A stretch of 64,000 bases of DNA from the human T2T-CHM13v2.0 reference genome, Homo sapiens (GCF_009914755.1 NC_060948.1); one strand, 5' to 3'; positions 44,901 to 63,441 are shown, counted from the first letter of the stretch. Notes: generated by a model from the letters alone, not told the origin. A program made the numbers and translations.

Positions 44901-45484
44901 GAGTGGAATCAAATGGAATTGAATCGAAAGGAAAGGAAGCGAATGGACTGAAATGAAATGGAATGGAATTGAATGGAAAGTAATGCAATGGAATAGAATG
45001 GAACGAAATTTCACGGAATGGAATCAAACTGAATGGAATCAAATCAATGGAATCAAATCAAATGGAATGGAAAGGAATTGAATGGAGTAGATTGGATTGG
45101 ATGGGATTGGAATGAAATGTACTGGAAAGGACTCGAATTTCATGAAACGGAATGGAATGAATTGGAACGGAACGGACTCGAATGGAATGGAATGTCATGG
45201 AATGGCATCAAATGGAATGGAATCAAATGGAATGGAATCGAATGCAATGGAATGCTATGGAATGGAATGGAATGCATTGGAATGGAATGTCCTCTAATGG
45301 AATGGATTCGAGTGGAATGGAATCGAATATAATGGAGTCGAATGAAATGGAATTGAAAGGAATGGGATCGAATACAATGGAATATACTGGAATGTAATGT
45401 AATGAACTCAAATGTAACTGACTGGAATGGAATGTACATGAATGGAATGTAATCGAATGGAAAGTAATCCAATGGAATAGAATC

Positions 45485-46526
<1,042 letters not shown>

Positions 46527-47100
46527 AGATCCATATTTTTTAAATGAAAAAAAATTTCAAAGGTACTCTGCTTGGTACAATAATCAAATGTATAAACTGA
46601 GGAATAAAACATAACCATGAAACCTACTTATAACTGTATACGGAAAATACAGAGGATAATTTTTTAAATAACATATTTTGAAAGCCTTAACTAGTAATTT
46701 GAAGAGTTGGCATTTGAAAGGCCAGTAGGAATATACCTTCAAAGCAGCAACACAGGTTCCCCATGAGAAAAAGCAAACTCAGGGAAAATAAAACCACAAA
46801 GGTTCAATCTCTTCTGACCTTTGAAAGACACAGCACAGACAGTGGTCCTTAGGCCGAAGAGCAGGAGACCCCTAATTCCGTCACCATGGCGATAGGGCAT
46901 AAACATTGCTGGGTGAGGGCACAATCCACATTGTGAGGTCCAAGTGCTGCCAGGAAGACAGGAGTGCTTTTACATAGACCGAAAGGTCATTGAAGGCTCA
47001 GAGTTTTGTTTCAAGAACTGAATCCCAAGCACACACGTTATTAGGCTGCGCTTCTTAAAACAAGTTATGAGAAGGGAAAAAGGGCACCCACAAACATACG
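46527..47100. repeat. HSATI-like mixed-sequence core of DYZ2 (~575 bp)
   Basis: Non-Alu, moderately GC-rich segment repeated near-identically at ~48948-49521, 51370-51943, 53789-54362, 56209-56782, 58625-59198, 61046-61619 and 63442-64000 (cut). The HSATI label comes from known DYZ2 composition and was not checked by search. Confidence 0.78.
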
Positions 47101-48656
47101 TATACATTATGTATATAATAATATACAGTATCATATATGTAATATATATAACCTATGTATAATATTGTTTTACATCCTGCATCTTATGTTATATATATTG
47201 TATAAAATATAATAATTGATAATATATAAGTTTTATATTTATACAATATGACATATAGTATATATTATAATTTATGACATATATAATATATGTTATATAT
47301 CATATATAGAATATATTATACGGTTAATATACGTATTAAATATAAATTATACATTATATATATTATATATAATATATCTGTTATATATAATACCCATTAT
47401 GCATAATATATATATTATGTCTATGTTATATATAGTATAAAACAACATATAATAATATATAATTGTATATATAAAATGCGACGTATAATATATATTATAT
47501 TTTATGACATCTGTAATATATATTATATATTATATATAATACGTTGTATGTATAATACCTATATTAAATATATATTATATGACTATGTTATTAATTACAT
47601 GTCACATGTGTTATATATTATTTATTTTACATAGAATATACCGGTTACGTACAATATATAGTATGTTACCTATAATGAATAATTTATTACATGTAAAATA
47701 AAGAATGCAATATATTATGTATAATTTATAATATACAATATGTGGAATGTGATATATATAACATATAATATATGATATATGATATAGAGTATATGATATA
47801 TAACATACAATATATGATACCTAATATATATGGTATACAATATATATTTTATGATATGTGTTCTATATGTTATATATTCTGTTTTATATATATCTATTTG
47901 AAATTATATATAACTGTATAATATTTTAGGTAAATATGTGGTATAATATATATAACTTTATAATATATTATATATAACTATATATTATGTTATATATACT
48001 TTTATAACATAATTTACATAAAATATCATAATATAATATATATTATATTATTTCATATTACATAATATATCTTACATATCACCCAATATAAGTAACATAC
48101 ATAATATTATAATATAGATTATATTATGTTATATTAAATATCATATATATCATGTATCATATATTCTATAATATATATTATACATTATATAATATGTATG
48201 TTGTCTATTATGTGATATATATAACTATATATATAATTATATTATTATACATATAACTAGATAAACATGTAATTCTACATATTTTCATTTATAATATATA
48301 GAATTATGTAATCATATATAATTATTTATATTCTATAAAAAATTATATCATTATATAAATTATAATATATAAAAATTATAATATGTACTACAAATATATA
48401 TATTATATATCATATATGATATAGTACCTTTGTTATATATCATAATACATATAAATGTGTATTATGTTATCTATAATTATATAATTTCATATATAAGATG
48501 TATAATATGTATTATTTTTTATATATGTTATGTAATATATATAGTATATATAAGCTGACACAGGATAAATATTATATACTATGACATATAAAATATATGA
48601 GGTTATATGTTACATATAAGGCATAGCACATAACATGTAATATATATCATATATAA
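47101..48656. repeat. Full-length AT-rich low-complexity block of DYZ2 (~1.55 kb), repeated in each later unit
   Basis: Degenerate TATA/ATAT sequence with conserved landmarks (CATCCTGCATC, ACCGGTTAC, TGTGGAATGTG, CACCCAATA, GCTGACACAGG) recurring every ~2.42 kb. Confidence 0.9.
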
Positions 48657-48947
48657 TTTTTATTTAGACTGAGTCTTGTCCTGTTGCACAGGGTGGAGTA
48701 CAATGGCGCCATCTTTGCTCACTGCAACATCTGCCTCACGGTCCAAGCGATTGTCCTCCCTCAGCCTCCCAGGTAGCTGGGACTACACCACACTGGGACT
48801 ACGCCAGCTGCCACCATGCCTAGCTAATTTTTTGGATTTTTAGTAGTGACAGCGTTTCACTGTATTGGCCAGGATGGTATTGATCTCTTCACCCTGTGAT
48901 CCCCTTGCCTTGGCCTCCAAATTTGCTGGGATTACAGGCCTGAGCCA
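48657..48947 (-). mobile_element. AluY-like SINE in DYZ2 unit D2
   Basis: Antisense Alu ending ...GGGATTACAGGCCTGAGCCA, homologous to D1. Confidence 0.92.
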
Positions 48948-51054
48948 AGATCCATATTTTTTAAATGAAAAAAAATTTCAAAGGTTCTCTGCTTGGTACA
49001 ATAATCAAATGTATAAACTGAGGAATAAAACATAACCATGAAACTTACTTATAACTGCATATGGAAAATACAGAGGATAATTTTTTAAATAACATATTTT
49101 GAAAGCCTTAACTAGTAATTTGAAGAGTTGGCATTTGAAAGGCCAGTAGGAATATACCTTCAAAGCAGCAACACAGGTTCCCCATGAGAAAAAGCAAACT
49201 CAGGGAAAATAAAACCACAAAGGTTCAATCTCTTCTGACCTTTGAAAGACACAGCACAGACAGTGGTCCTTAGGACGAAGAGCAGGAGACCCCTAATTCC
49301 GTCACCATGGCGATAGGGCATAAACATTGCTGGGTGAGGGCACAATCCACATTGTGAGGTCCAAGTGCTGCCAGGAAGACAGGAGTGCTTTTACATAGAC
49401 CGAAAGGTCATTGAAGGCTCAGAGTTTTGTTTCAAGAACTGAATCCCAAGCCCACACGTTATTAGGCTGCGCTTCTTAAAACAAGTTATGAGATGGGAAA
49501 AAGGGCACCCACAAACATACGTATACATTATGTATATAATAATATACAGTATCATATATGTAATATATATAACCTATGTATAATATTGTTTTACATCCTG
49601 CATCTTATGTTATATATATTGTATAAAATATAATAATTGATAATATATAAGTTTTATATTTATACAATATGACATATAGTATATATTATAATTTATGACA
49701 TATATAATATATGTTATATATCATATATAGAATATATTATACGGTTAATAAAAGTATTAAATATAAATTATACATTATATATATTATATATAATATATCT
49801 GTTATATATAATACCCATTATGCATAATATATATATTATGTCTATGTTATATATAGTATAAAACAACATATAATAATATATTATTGTATATATAAAATGC
49901 GACATATAATATATATTATATTTTATGACATCTGTAATATATATTATATATTATATATAATACGTTGTATGTATAATACCTATATTACATATATATTATA
50001 TGACTATGTTATTAATTACATGTCACATGTGTTATATATTATTTATTTTACATAGAATATACCGGTTACATACAATATATAGTATGTTACCTATAATGAA
50101 TAATTTATTACATGTAAAATAAAGAATGCAATATATTATGTATAATTTATAATATACAATATGTGGAATGTGATATATATAACATATAATATATGATATA
50201 TGATATAGAGTATATGATATATAACATACAATATATGATACCTAATATATATGGTATACAATATATATTTTATGATATGTATTCTATATGTTATATATTC
50301 TGTTTTATATATATCTATTTGAAATTATATATAACTGTATAATATTTTAGGTAAATATGTAGTATAATATATATAACTTTATAATATATTATATATAACT
50401 ATATATTATGTTATATATACTTTTATAACATAATTTACATAAAATATCATAATATAATATATATTATATTATTTCATATTACATAATATATCTTACATAT
50501 CACCCAATATAAGTAACATACATAATATTATAATATAGATTATATTATGTTATATTAAATATCATATATATCATGTATCATATATTCTATAATATATATT
50601 ATACATTATATAATATGTATGTTGTCTATTATGTGATATATATAACTATATATATAATTATATTATTATACATATAACTAGATAAACATGTAATTCTACA
50701 TATTTTCATTTATAATATATAGAATTATATAATCATATATAATTATTTATATTCTATAAAAAGTTATATCATTATATAAATTATAATATATAAAAATTAT
50801 AATATGTACTGCAAACATATATATTATATATCATATATGATATAGTACCTTTGTTATATATCATAATACATATAAATGTGTATTATGTTATCTATAATTA
50901 TATAATTTCATATATAAGGTGTATAATATGTATTATTTATTATATATGTTATGTAATATATATAGTATATATAAGCTGACACAGGATAAATATTATATAC
51001 TATGACATATAAAATATATGAGGTTATATGTTACATATAAGGCATAGCACATAA

Positions 51055-51369
<315 letters not shown>

Positions 51370-53473
51370 AGATCCATATTTTTTAAATGAAAAAAAATTT
51401 CAAAGATACTCTGCTTGGTACAATAATCAAATGTATAAACTGAGGAATAAAACATAACCATGAAACCTACTTATAACTGCATATGGAAAATACAGAGGAT
51501 AATTTTTTAAATAACATATTTTGAAAGCCTTAACTAGTAATTTGAAGAGTTGGCATTTGAAAGGCCAGTATGAATATACCTTCAAAGCAGCAACACAGGT
51601 TCCCCATGAGAAAAAGCAAACTCAGGGAAAATAAAACCACAAAGGTTCAATCTCTTCTGACCTTTGAAAGACACTGCACAGACAGTGGTCCTTAGGAAGA
51701 AGAGCAGGAGACCCTTAATTCCGTCACCATGGCGATAGGGCATAAACATTGCTGGGTGAGGGCACAAGCTACATTGTGAGGTCCAACTGCTGCCAGGAAG
51801 ACAGGAGTGCTTTTACATAGACCGAAAGGTCATTGAAGGCTCAGAGTTTTGTTTCAAGAACTGAATCCCAAGCCCACACGTTATTAGGCTGCGCTTCTTA
51901 AAACAAGTTATGAGATGGGAAAAAGGGCACCCACAAACATACGTATACATTATGTATATAATAATATACAGTATCATATATATAATATATATAACCTATG
52001 TATAATATTGTTTTACATCCTGCATCTTATGTTATATATATTGTATAAAATATAATAATTGATAACATATAAGTTTATATTTATACAATATGACATATAG
52101 TATGTATTATAATTTATGACATATATAATATATGTTATATATCATATATAGAATATATTATACGGTTAATATACGTATTAAATATAAATTATACATTATA
52201 TATATTATATATAACATATCTGTTATATATAATACCCATTATGCATAATATATATATTATGTCTATGTTATATATAGTATAAAACAACATATAATAATAT
52301 ATAATTGTATATATAAAATGCGACATATAATATATATTATATTTTATGACATATGTAATATACATTATATATTATATATAATACTTTGTATGTATAATAC
52401 CTATATTAAATATATATTATATGACTATGTTATTAATTACATGTCACATGTGTTATATATTATATATTTTACATAGAATATACCGGTTACATACAATATA
52501 TAGTATGTTACCTATAATGTATAATTTATTACATGTAAAATAAAGAATGCAATATATTATGTATAATTTATAATATACAATATGTGGAATGTGATATATA
52601 TAACATATAATATATGATATATGATATAGAGTATATGATATATAACATACAATATATGATACCTAATATATATGGTATACAATATATATTTTATGATATG
52701 TATTCTGTATGTTATATATTCTGTTATATATAACTGTTTGAAATTATATATAACTGTATAATATTTTAGGTAAATATGTAATATAATATATATAACATTA
52801 TAATATATTATATATAACTATATATTATGTTATATATACTTTTATAACATAATTTACATAAAATATCATAATATAATATATATTATATTATTTCATATTA
52901 CATAATATATATTACATATCACCCAATATAAGTAACATACATAATATTATAATATAGATTATATTATGTTATATTAAATATCATATATATCATGTATCAT
53001 ATATTCTATAATATATATTATACATTATATAATATATATGTTGTCTATTATGTGATATATATAACTATATATATAAATATATTATTATACATATAACTAG
53101 ATAAACATGTAATTCTACATATTTTCATTTATAATATATAGAATTATATAATCATATATAATTATTTATATTCTATAAAAAATTATATCATTATATAAAT
53201 TATAATATATAAAAATTATAATATGTACTACAAATATATATATTATATATCATATATGATATAGTACCTTTGTTATATATCATAATACATATAAATGTGT
53301 ATTATGTTATCTATAATTATATAATTTCATATATAAGATGTATAATATGTATTATTTTTTATATATGTTATGTAATATATATAGTATATATAAGCTGACA
53401 CAGGATAAATATTATATACTATGACATATAAAATATATGAGGTTATATGTTACATATAAGGCATAGCACATAA

Positions 53474-53788
<315 letters not shown>

Positions 53789-55893
53789 AGATCCATATTT
53801 TTTAAATGAAAAAAAATTTCAAAGGTTCTCTGCTTGGTACAATAATCAAATGTATAAACTGAGGAATAAAACATAACCATGAAACCTACTTATAACTGCA
53901 TATGGAAAATACAGAGGATAATTTTTTAAGTAACATATTTTGAAAGCCTTAACTAGTAATTTGAAGAGTTGGCATTTGTAAGGCCAGTATGAATATACCT
54001 TCAAAGCAGCAACACAGGTTCCCCATGAGAAAAAGCAAACGCAGGGAAAATAAAACCACAAAGGTTCAATCTCTTCTGACCTTTGAAAGACACAGCACAG
54101 ACAGTGGTCCTTAGGACGAAGAGCAGGAGACCCCTAATTCCGTCACCATGGCGATAGGGCATAAACATTGCTGGGTGAGGGCACAATCCACATTGTGAGG
54201 TCCAACTGCTGCCAGGAAGACAGGAGTGCTTTTACATAGACCGAAAGGTCATTGAAGGCTCAGAGTTTTGTTTCAAGAACTGAATCCCAAGCCCACACGT
54301 TATTAGGCTGCGCTTCTTAAAACAAGTTATGAGATGGGAAAAAGGGCACCCACAAACATACGTATACATTATGTATATAATAATATACAGTATCATATAT
54401 ATAATATATATAACCTATGTATAATATTGTTTTACATCCTGCATCTTATGTTATATATATTGTATAAAATATAATAATTGATAATATATAAGTTTTATAT
54501 TTATACAATATGACATATAGTATATATTATAATTTATGACATATATAATATATGTTATATATCATATATAGAATATATTATACGGTTAATATACGTATTA
54601 AATATAAATTATACATTATATATATTATATATAATATATCTGTTATATATAATACCCATTATGCATAATATATATATTATGTCTATGTTATATATAGTAT
54701 AAAACAACATATAATAATATATAATTGTATATATAAAATGCGACATATAATATATTTTATATTTTATGACATATGTAATATATATTATATATTATATATA
54801 ATACGTTGTATGTATAATACCTGTATTAAATATATATTATATAACTATGTTATTAATTACATGTCACATATGTTATATATTATATATTTTACATAGAATA
54901 TACCGGTTACATACAATATATACTATGTTACCTATAATGTATAATTTATTACATGTAAAATAAAGAATGCAATATATTATGTATAATTTATAATATACAA
55001 TATGTGGAATGTGATATATATAATATATAATATATGATATATGATATACAGTATATGATATATAACATACAATATATGATACCTAATATATATGGTATAC
55101 AATATATATTTTATGATATGTATTGTATATGTTTTATATTCTGTTATATATAACTATTTGAAATTATATATAACTGTATAATATTTTATGTAAATATGTA
55201 ATATAATATATATAACCATATAATATATTATATATAACTATATATTTTGTTATATATACTTTTATAATATAATTTACATAAAATATCATAATATAATATA
55301 TATTATATTATTTCATATTACATAATATATATTACATATCACCCAATATAAGTAACATACATAATATTATAATATAGATTATATTATGTTATATTAAATA
55401 TCATATATATCATGTATCATATATTCTATAATATATATTATACATTATATAATATGTATGTTGTCTATTATGTGATATATATAAGTATATATATAATTAT
55501 ATTATTATACATATAACTAGATAAACATGTAATTCTACATATTTTCATTTATAATATATAGAATTATATAATCATATATAATTTTTTATAGTCTATAAAA
55601 AATTATATCATTATATAAATTATAATATATAAAAATTATAATATGTACTACAAATATATATATTATATATCATATATGATATAGTACCTTTGTTATATAT
55701 CATAATACATATAAATGTGTATTATGTTATCTATAATTTTATAATTTCATGTATAAGATTTATAATATGTATCATATATTATATATGTTATGTAATATAT
55801 ATAGTATATATAAGCTGACACAGGATAAATATTATATACTATGACATATAAAATATATGAGGTTATATGTTACATATAAGGCATAGCACATAA

Positions 55894-56208
<315 letters not shown>

Positions 56209-58332
56209 AGATCCATATTTTTTAAATGAAAAAAAATTTCAAAGGTACTCTGCTTGGTACAATAATCAAATGTATAAACTGAGGAATAAAACATAACCAT
56301 GAAACCTACTTATAACTGCATATGGAAAATAAAGAGGATAATTTTTTAAATAACATATTTTGAAAGCCTTAACTAGTAATTTGAAGAGTTGGCATGTGAA
56401 AGGCCAGTATGAATATACCTTCAAAGCAGCAACACAGGTTCCCCATGAGAAAAAGCAAACTCAGGGAAAATAAAACCACAAAGGTTCAATCTCTTCTGAC
56501 CTTTGAAAGACACAGCACAGACAGTGGTCCTTAGGACGAAGAGCAGGAGACCCCTAATTCCGTCACCATGGCGATAGGGCATAAACATTGCTGGGTAAGA
56601 GCACAATCCACATTGTGAGGTCCAACTGCTGCCAGAAAGAGAGGAGTGCTTTTACATAGACCGAAAGGTCATTGAACGCTCAGAGTTTTGTTTCAAGAAC
56701 TGAATCCCAAGCCCACACGTTATTAGGCTGCGCTTCTTAAAACAAGTTATGAGATGGGAAAAAGGGCACCCACAAACATACGTATACATTATGTATATAA
56801 TAATATACAGTATCATATATATAATATATATAACCTATGTATAATATTGTTTTACATCTTGCATCTTATGTTATATATATTGTATAAAATATAATAATTG
56901 ATAATATATGTTTTATATTTATACAATATGACATATAGTATATATTATAATTTATGACATATATAATATATGTTATATATCATATATAGAATATATTATA
57001 CGGTTAATATACGTATTAAATATAAATTATACATTATATATATTATATATAATATATCTGTTATATATAATACCCATTATGCATAATATATATATTATGT
57101 CTATGTTATATATAGTATAAAACAACATATAATAATATATAATTGTATATATAAAATGCGACATATAATATATATTATATTTTATGACATATGTAATATA
57201 TATTATATATTATATATAATACGTTGTATGTATAATACCTATATTAAATATATATTATATGACTATGTTATTAATTACATATCACATATGTTATATATTA
57301 TATATTTTACATAGAATATACGGGTTACATACAATATATACAATGTTACATATAATGTATAATTTATTACATGTAAAATAAAGAATGCAATATATTATGT
57401 ATAATTTATAATATACAATATGTGGAATGTGATATATATAACATATAATATATGATATATGATATACAGTATATGATATATAACATACAATATATGATAC
57501 CTAATATATATGGTATAAAATATATATTTTATGATAGGTATTCTATATGTTATATATTCTGTTATATATAACTATTTGAAATTATATATAACTGTATAAT
57601 ATTTTATGTAAATATATAATATAATATATAAAACTATATAATATATTATATATAACTATATATTATGTTATATATACTTTTATAACATAATTACATAAAA
57701 TATCATAATATAATATATATTATATTATTTCATATTACATAATATATATTACATATCACCCAATATAAGTAACATACATAATATTATACTATAGATTATA
57801 TTACGTTATATTAAATATCATATATATCATGTATCATATATTCTATAATATATATTATACATTATATAATAAGTATGTTGTCTATTATGTGATATATATA
57901 ACCATATATATAATTATATTATTATACATATAACTAGATAAACATGTAATTCTACATATTTTCATTTATAATATATAGAATTATATAATCATATATAATT
58001 TTTTATATTCTATAAAAAATTATATCTTTATATAAATTATAATATATAAAAATTATAATATGTACTACAAATATATATATTATATATCATATATGATATA
58101 GTACTTTGTTATATATCATAATACATATAAATGTGTATTATGTTATCTATAATTATATAATTTCATATATAAGATGTATAGTATGTATTATTTATTATAT
58201 ATGTTATGTAATATATATAGTATATATAAGCTGACACAGGATAAATATTATATACTATGACATATAAAATATATGAGGTTATATGTTACATATAAGGCAT
58301 AGCACATAACATGTAATATATATCACATATAA

Positions 58333-58624
58333 TTTTTTTTTAGACAGAGTCTTGTCCTGTTGCTCAGGGTGGAGTACAATGGCGCCATCTTTGCTCACTG
58401 CAACATCTGCCTCACGGTTCCAAGCGATTGTCCTCCCTCAGCCTCCCAGGAAGCTGGGACTACACCACACTGGGACTACACCAGCTGCCACCATGCCTAG
58501 CTAATTTTTTGGATTTTTAATAGTGACAGCGTTTCACTGTATTGACCAGGATGGTCTTGATCTCTTCACCTTGTGATCCCCTTGCCTTGGCCTCCAAATT
58601 TGCTGGGATTACAGGCCTGAGCCA
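58333..58624 (-). mobile_element. AluY-like SINE in DYZ2 unit D6
   Basis: Antisense Alu homologous to D1 and D2. Confidence 0.92.
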
Positions 58625-60730
58625 AGATCCATATTTTTTAAATGAAAAAAAATTTCAAAGGTACTCTGCTTGGTACAATAATCAAATGTATAAACTGAGG
58701 AATAAAACATAACCATGAAACCTACTTATAACTGCATATGGAAAATACAGAGGATAATTTTTTAAATAACATATTTTGAAAGCCTTAACTAGTAATTTGA
58801 AGAGTTGGCATTTGAAAGGCCAGTATGAATATACCTTCAAAGCAGCAACACAGGTTCCCCATGAGAAAAAGCAAACTCAGGGAAAATAAAACCACAAAGG
58901 TTCAATCTCTTCTGACCTTTGAAAGACACAGCACAGACAGTGGTCCTTAGGACGAAGAGCAGGAGACCCCTAATTCCGTCACCATGGCGATAGGGCATAA
59001 ACATTGCAGGGTAAGGGCACAATCCACATTGTGAGGTCCAACTGCTGCCAGGAAGACAGGAGTGCTTTTACATAGACCGAAAGGTCATTGAAGGCTCAGA
59101 GTTTTGTTTCAAGAACTGAATCCCAAGCCCATACGTTATTAGGCTGCGTTTCTTAAAACAAGTTATGAGATCGGAAAAAGGGCACCCACAAACATACGTA
59201 TACATTATGTATATAATAATATACAGTATCATATATATAATATATATAACCTATGTATAATATTGTTTTACCTCCTGCATCTTATGTTATATATATTGTA
59301 TAAAATATATTAATTGATAATATATAAGTTTTATATTTCTACAATATGACATATACTATATATATTATAATTTATGACATATATAATATATGTTATATAT
59401 CATATATAGAATATATTATACGGTTAATATACGTATTAAATATAAATTATACATTATATATATTATATATAATATATCTGTTATATATAATACCCATAAT
59501 GCATAATATATATATTATGTCTATGTTATATATAGTATAAAACAACATATAATAATATATAATTGTATATATAAAATGCGACATATAATATATATTATAT
59601 TTTATGACATAGGTAATATATATTATATATTATATATAATACGTTGTATGTATAATACCTATATTAAATATATATTATATGACTATGTTATTAATTACAT
59701 GTCACATATGTTATATATTATATATTTTTCATAGAATATACGGGTTACATACAATATATACTATGTTACCTATAATGTATAATTTATTACATGTAAAATG
59801 AAGAATGCAATATATTATGTATAATTTATAATATACAATCTGTGGAATGTGATATATATAACATATAATATATGATATATGATATACAGTATATGATATA
59901 TAACATACAATATATGATACCTAATATATATGGTATACAATATATATTTTATGATATGTATTCTATATGTTATATATTCTGTTATATATAACTATTTGAA
60001 ATTATATATAACTGTATAATATTTTAGGTAAATATGTAATATAATATATATAACCATATAATATATTATATATAACTATATATTTTGTTATATATACTTT
60101 TATAATATAATTTACATAAAATATCATAATATAATATATATTATATTATTTCATATTACATAATATATATTACATATCACCCAATATAAGTAACATACAT
60201 AATATTATAATATAGATTATTTTATGTTATATTAAATATCATATATATCATGTATCATATATTCTATAATATATATTATACATTATATAATATATATGTT
60301 GTCTATTATGTGATATATATAACTATATATATAATTATATTATTATACATATAACTAGATAGACATGTAATTCTACATATTTTCATTTATAATATATAGA
60401 ATTATATAATCATATATAATTATTTATATTCTATAAAAATTATATCATTATACAAATTATAATATATAAAAATTATAATATGTACTACAAATATATATAT
60501 TATATATCATATATGATATAGTACCTTTGTTATATATCATAATACTTATAAATGTGTATTATGTTATATATAATTATATAATTTCATATATAAGATGTAT
60601 AATATGTATCATATATTATATATGTTATGTAATATATATAGTATATATAAGATGACACAGGATAAATATTTTATACTATGACATATAAAATATATGAGGT
60701 TATATGTTACATATAAGGCATAGCACATAA

Positions 60731-61045
<315 letters not shown>

Positions 61046-63149
61046 AGATCCATATTTTTTAAATGAAAAAATATTTCAAAGGTATTCTGCTTGGTAAAAT
61101 AAACAAATGTATAAACTGAGGAATAAAACATAACCATGAAACCTACTTATAACTGCATATGGAAAATACAGAGGATAATTTTTTTAATAACATATTTTGA
61201 AAGCCTTAATTAGTAATTTGAAGAGTTGGCATTTGAAAGGCCAGTATGAATATACCTTCAAAGCAGCAACACAGGTTCCCCATGAGAAAAAGCAAACTCA
61301 GGGAAAATAAAACCACAAAGGTTCAATCTCTTCTGACCTTTGAAAGACACAGCACAGACAGTGGTCCTTAGGACGAAGAGCAGGAGACCCCTAATTCCGT
61401 CACCAAGGCGATAGGGCATAAACATTGCTGGGTGAGGTCACAATCCACATTGTGAGGTCCAACTGCTGCCAGGAAGACAGGAGTGCTTTTACATAGACCG
61501 AAAGGTCATTGAAGGCTCAGAGTTTTGTTTCAAGAACTGAATCCCAAGCCCACACGTTATTAGGCTGCGCTTCTTAAAACAAGTTATGAGATGGGAAAAA
61601 GGGCACCCACAAACATACATATACATTATGTATATAATAATATACAGTATCATATATATAATATATATAACCTATGTATAATATTGTTTTACATCCTGCA
61701 TCTTATGTTATATATATTGTATAAAATATAATAATTGATAATATATAAGTTTTATATTTATACAATATGACATATAGTATATATTATAATTTATGACATA
61801 TATAATATATGTTATATATCATATATAGAATATATTATACGTTTAATATACGTATTAAATATAAATTATACATCATATATATTATATATAATATATCTGT
61901 TATATATAATACCCATTATGCATAATATATATATTATGTCTATATTATATATAGTATAAAACAAATATAATAATATATAATTGTATATATAAAATGCGAC
62001 ATATAATATATATTATATTTTATGACATATGTAATATATATTATATATTATATATAATACGTTGTATGTATAATACCTATATTAAATATATATAATATGA
62101 CTATGTTATTAATTACATGTCACATGTGTTATATATTATATATTTTACATAGAATATACCGGTTACATAGAATATATACTATGTTACCTATAATGTATAA
62201 TTTATTACATGTAAAATAATGAATGCAATATATTATGTATAATTTATAATATACAATATGTGGAATGTGATATATATAACATATAATATATGATATATGA
62301 TATACAGTATATGATATATAACATACAATATATGATTCCTAATATATATGGTATACAATATATATTTTATGATATGTATTCTCTATGTTTTATATTCTGC
62401 TATATATAACCATTTGAAATTATATATAAGTGTATAATACTTTATGTAAATATGTAATATAATATATATAACTATATATTATGTTATATATACTTTTATA
62501 ACATAATTTACATAAAATATCATAATATAATATATATTATATTATATTATATTACATAATATATATTACATATCACCCAATATAAGTAACATACATAATA
62601 TTATAATATAGATTATATTATGTTATATTAAATATCATATATATCATGTATCATATATTCCATAATATATATTATACATTATATAATATGTATGTTGTCT
62701 ATTATGTGATATATATAACTATATATATAATTATATTATTATACATATAACTAGATAAACATGTAATTCTACATATTTTCATTTATAATATATAGAATTA
62801 TATAATCATATATAATTATTTATATTCTATAAAAAATTATATCATTATATAAATTATAATATAAAAAATTATAATATGTACTACAAATATATATATTATA
62901 TATCATATATGATATAGTACCTTTGTTATATATCATAATACATATAAATGTGTATTATGTTATCTATAATTATATAATTTCATATATAAGTTGTATAATA
63001 TATATTATATATTATATATGTTATGTAATATATATAGTATATATAAGATGACACAGGATAAATATTATATACTATGACATATAAAATATATGAGGTTATA
63101 TGTTACATACAAGGCATAGCACATAACATGTAATATATATCATCTATAA

Positions 63150-63441
<292 letters not shown>

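Larger units (their letters stand above)
1..45484 (+). repeat. DYZ1: DYZ1 / human satellite 3 (HSat3, Yq12) tandem array, ~3.55 kb units of diverged GGAAT pentamers
   Basis: Continuous diverged (GGAAT)n. The landmark GAATCGAACTAAATCG recurs at 1, 3551, 7101, 10635, 14175, 17723, 21277, 24851, 28400, 31959, 35508, 39062 and 42611 (units U1-U13; U13 truncated). One conserved HaeIII site (GGCC) per unit at 3355, 6905, 10439, 13979, 17527, 21081, 24655, 28204, 31763, 35312, 38866 and 42415 gives spacings of 3534-3574 bp. This matches the classic ~3.4-3.6 kb Y-specific HaeIII repeat, and adjacency to DYZ2 supports Yq12. Confidence 0.96.

Noticed and set aside
1-45484. Assignment of reported testis Yq12 non-coding transcripts to specific coordinates
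   Set aside because: Transcript boundaries cannot be located from the sequence alone; this needs alignment to the cDNA records.
46739-46924. 61-aa minus-strand ORF repeated in most DYZ2 units (MCPHPAMFMPYRHG...)
   Set aside because: It is short, starts at a non-ATG codon, is not called in D7 and has no recognisable homology. Its recurrence reflects tandem duplication.
47741-47752. Single GGAAT pentamer inside the DYZ2 AT block as a possible DYZ1 remnant
   Set aside because: One 5-6 bp match per 2.4 kb is expected by chance, and there is no flanking pentamer phase.
47101-48656. Numerous TATA-box and AATAAA-like motifs
   Set aside because: These are unavoidable at this base composition and have no associated gene.
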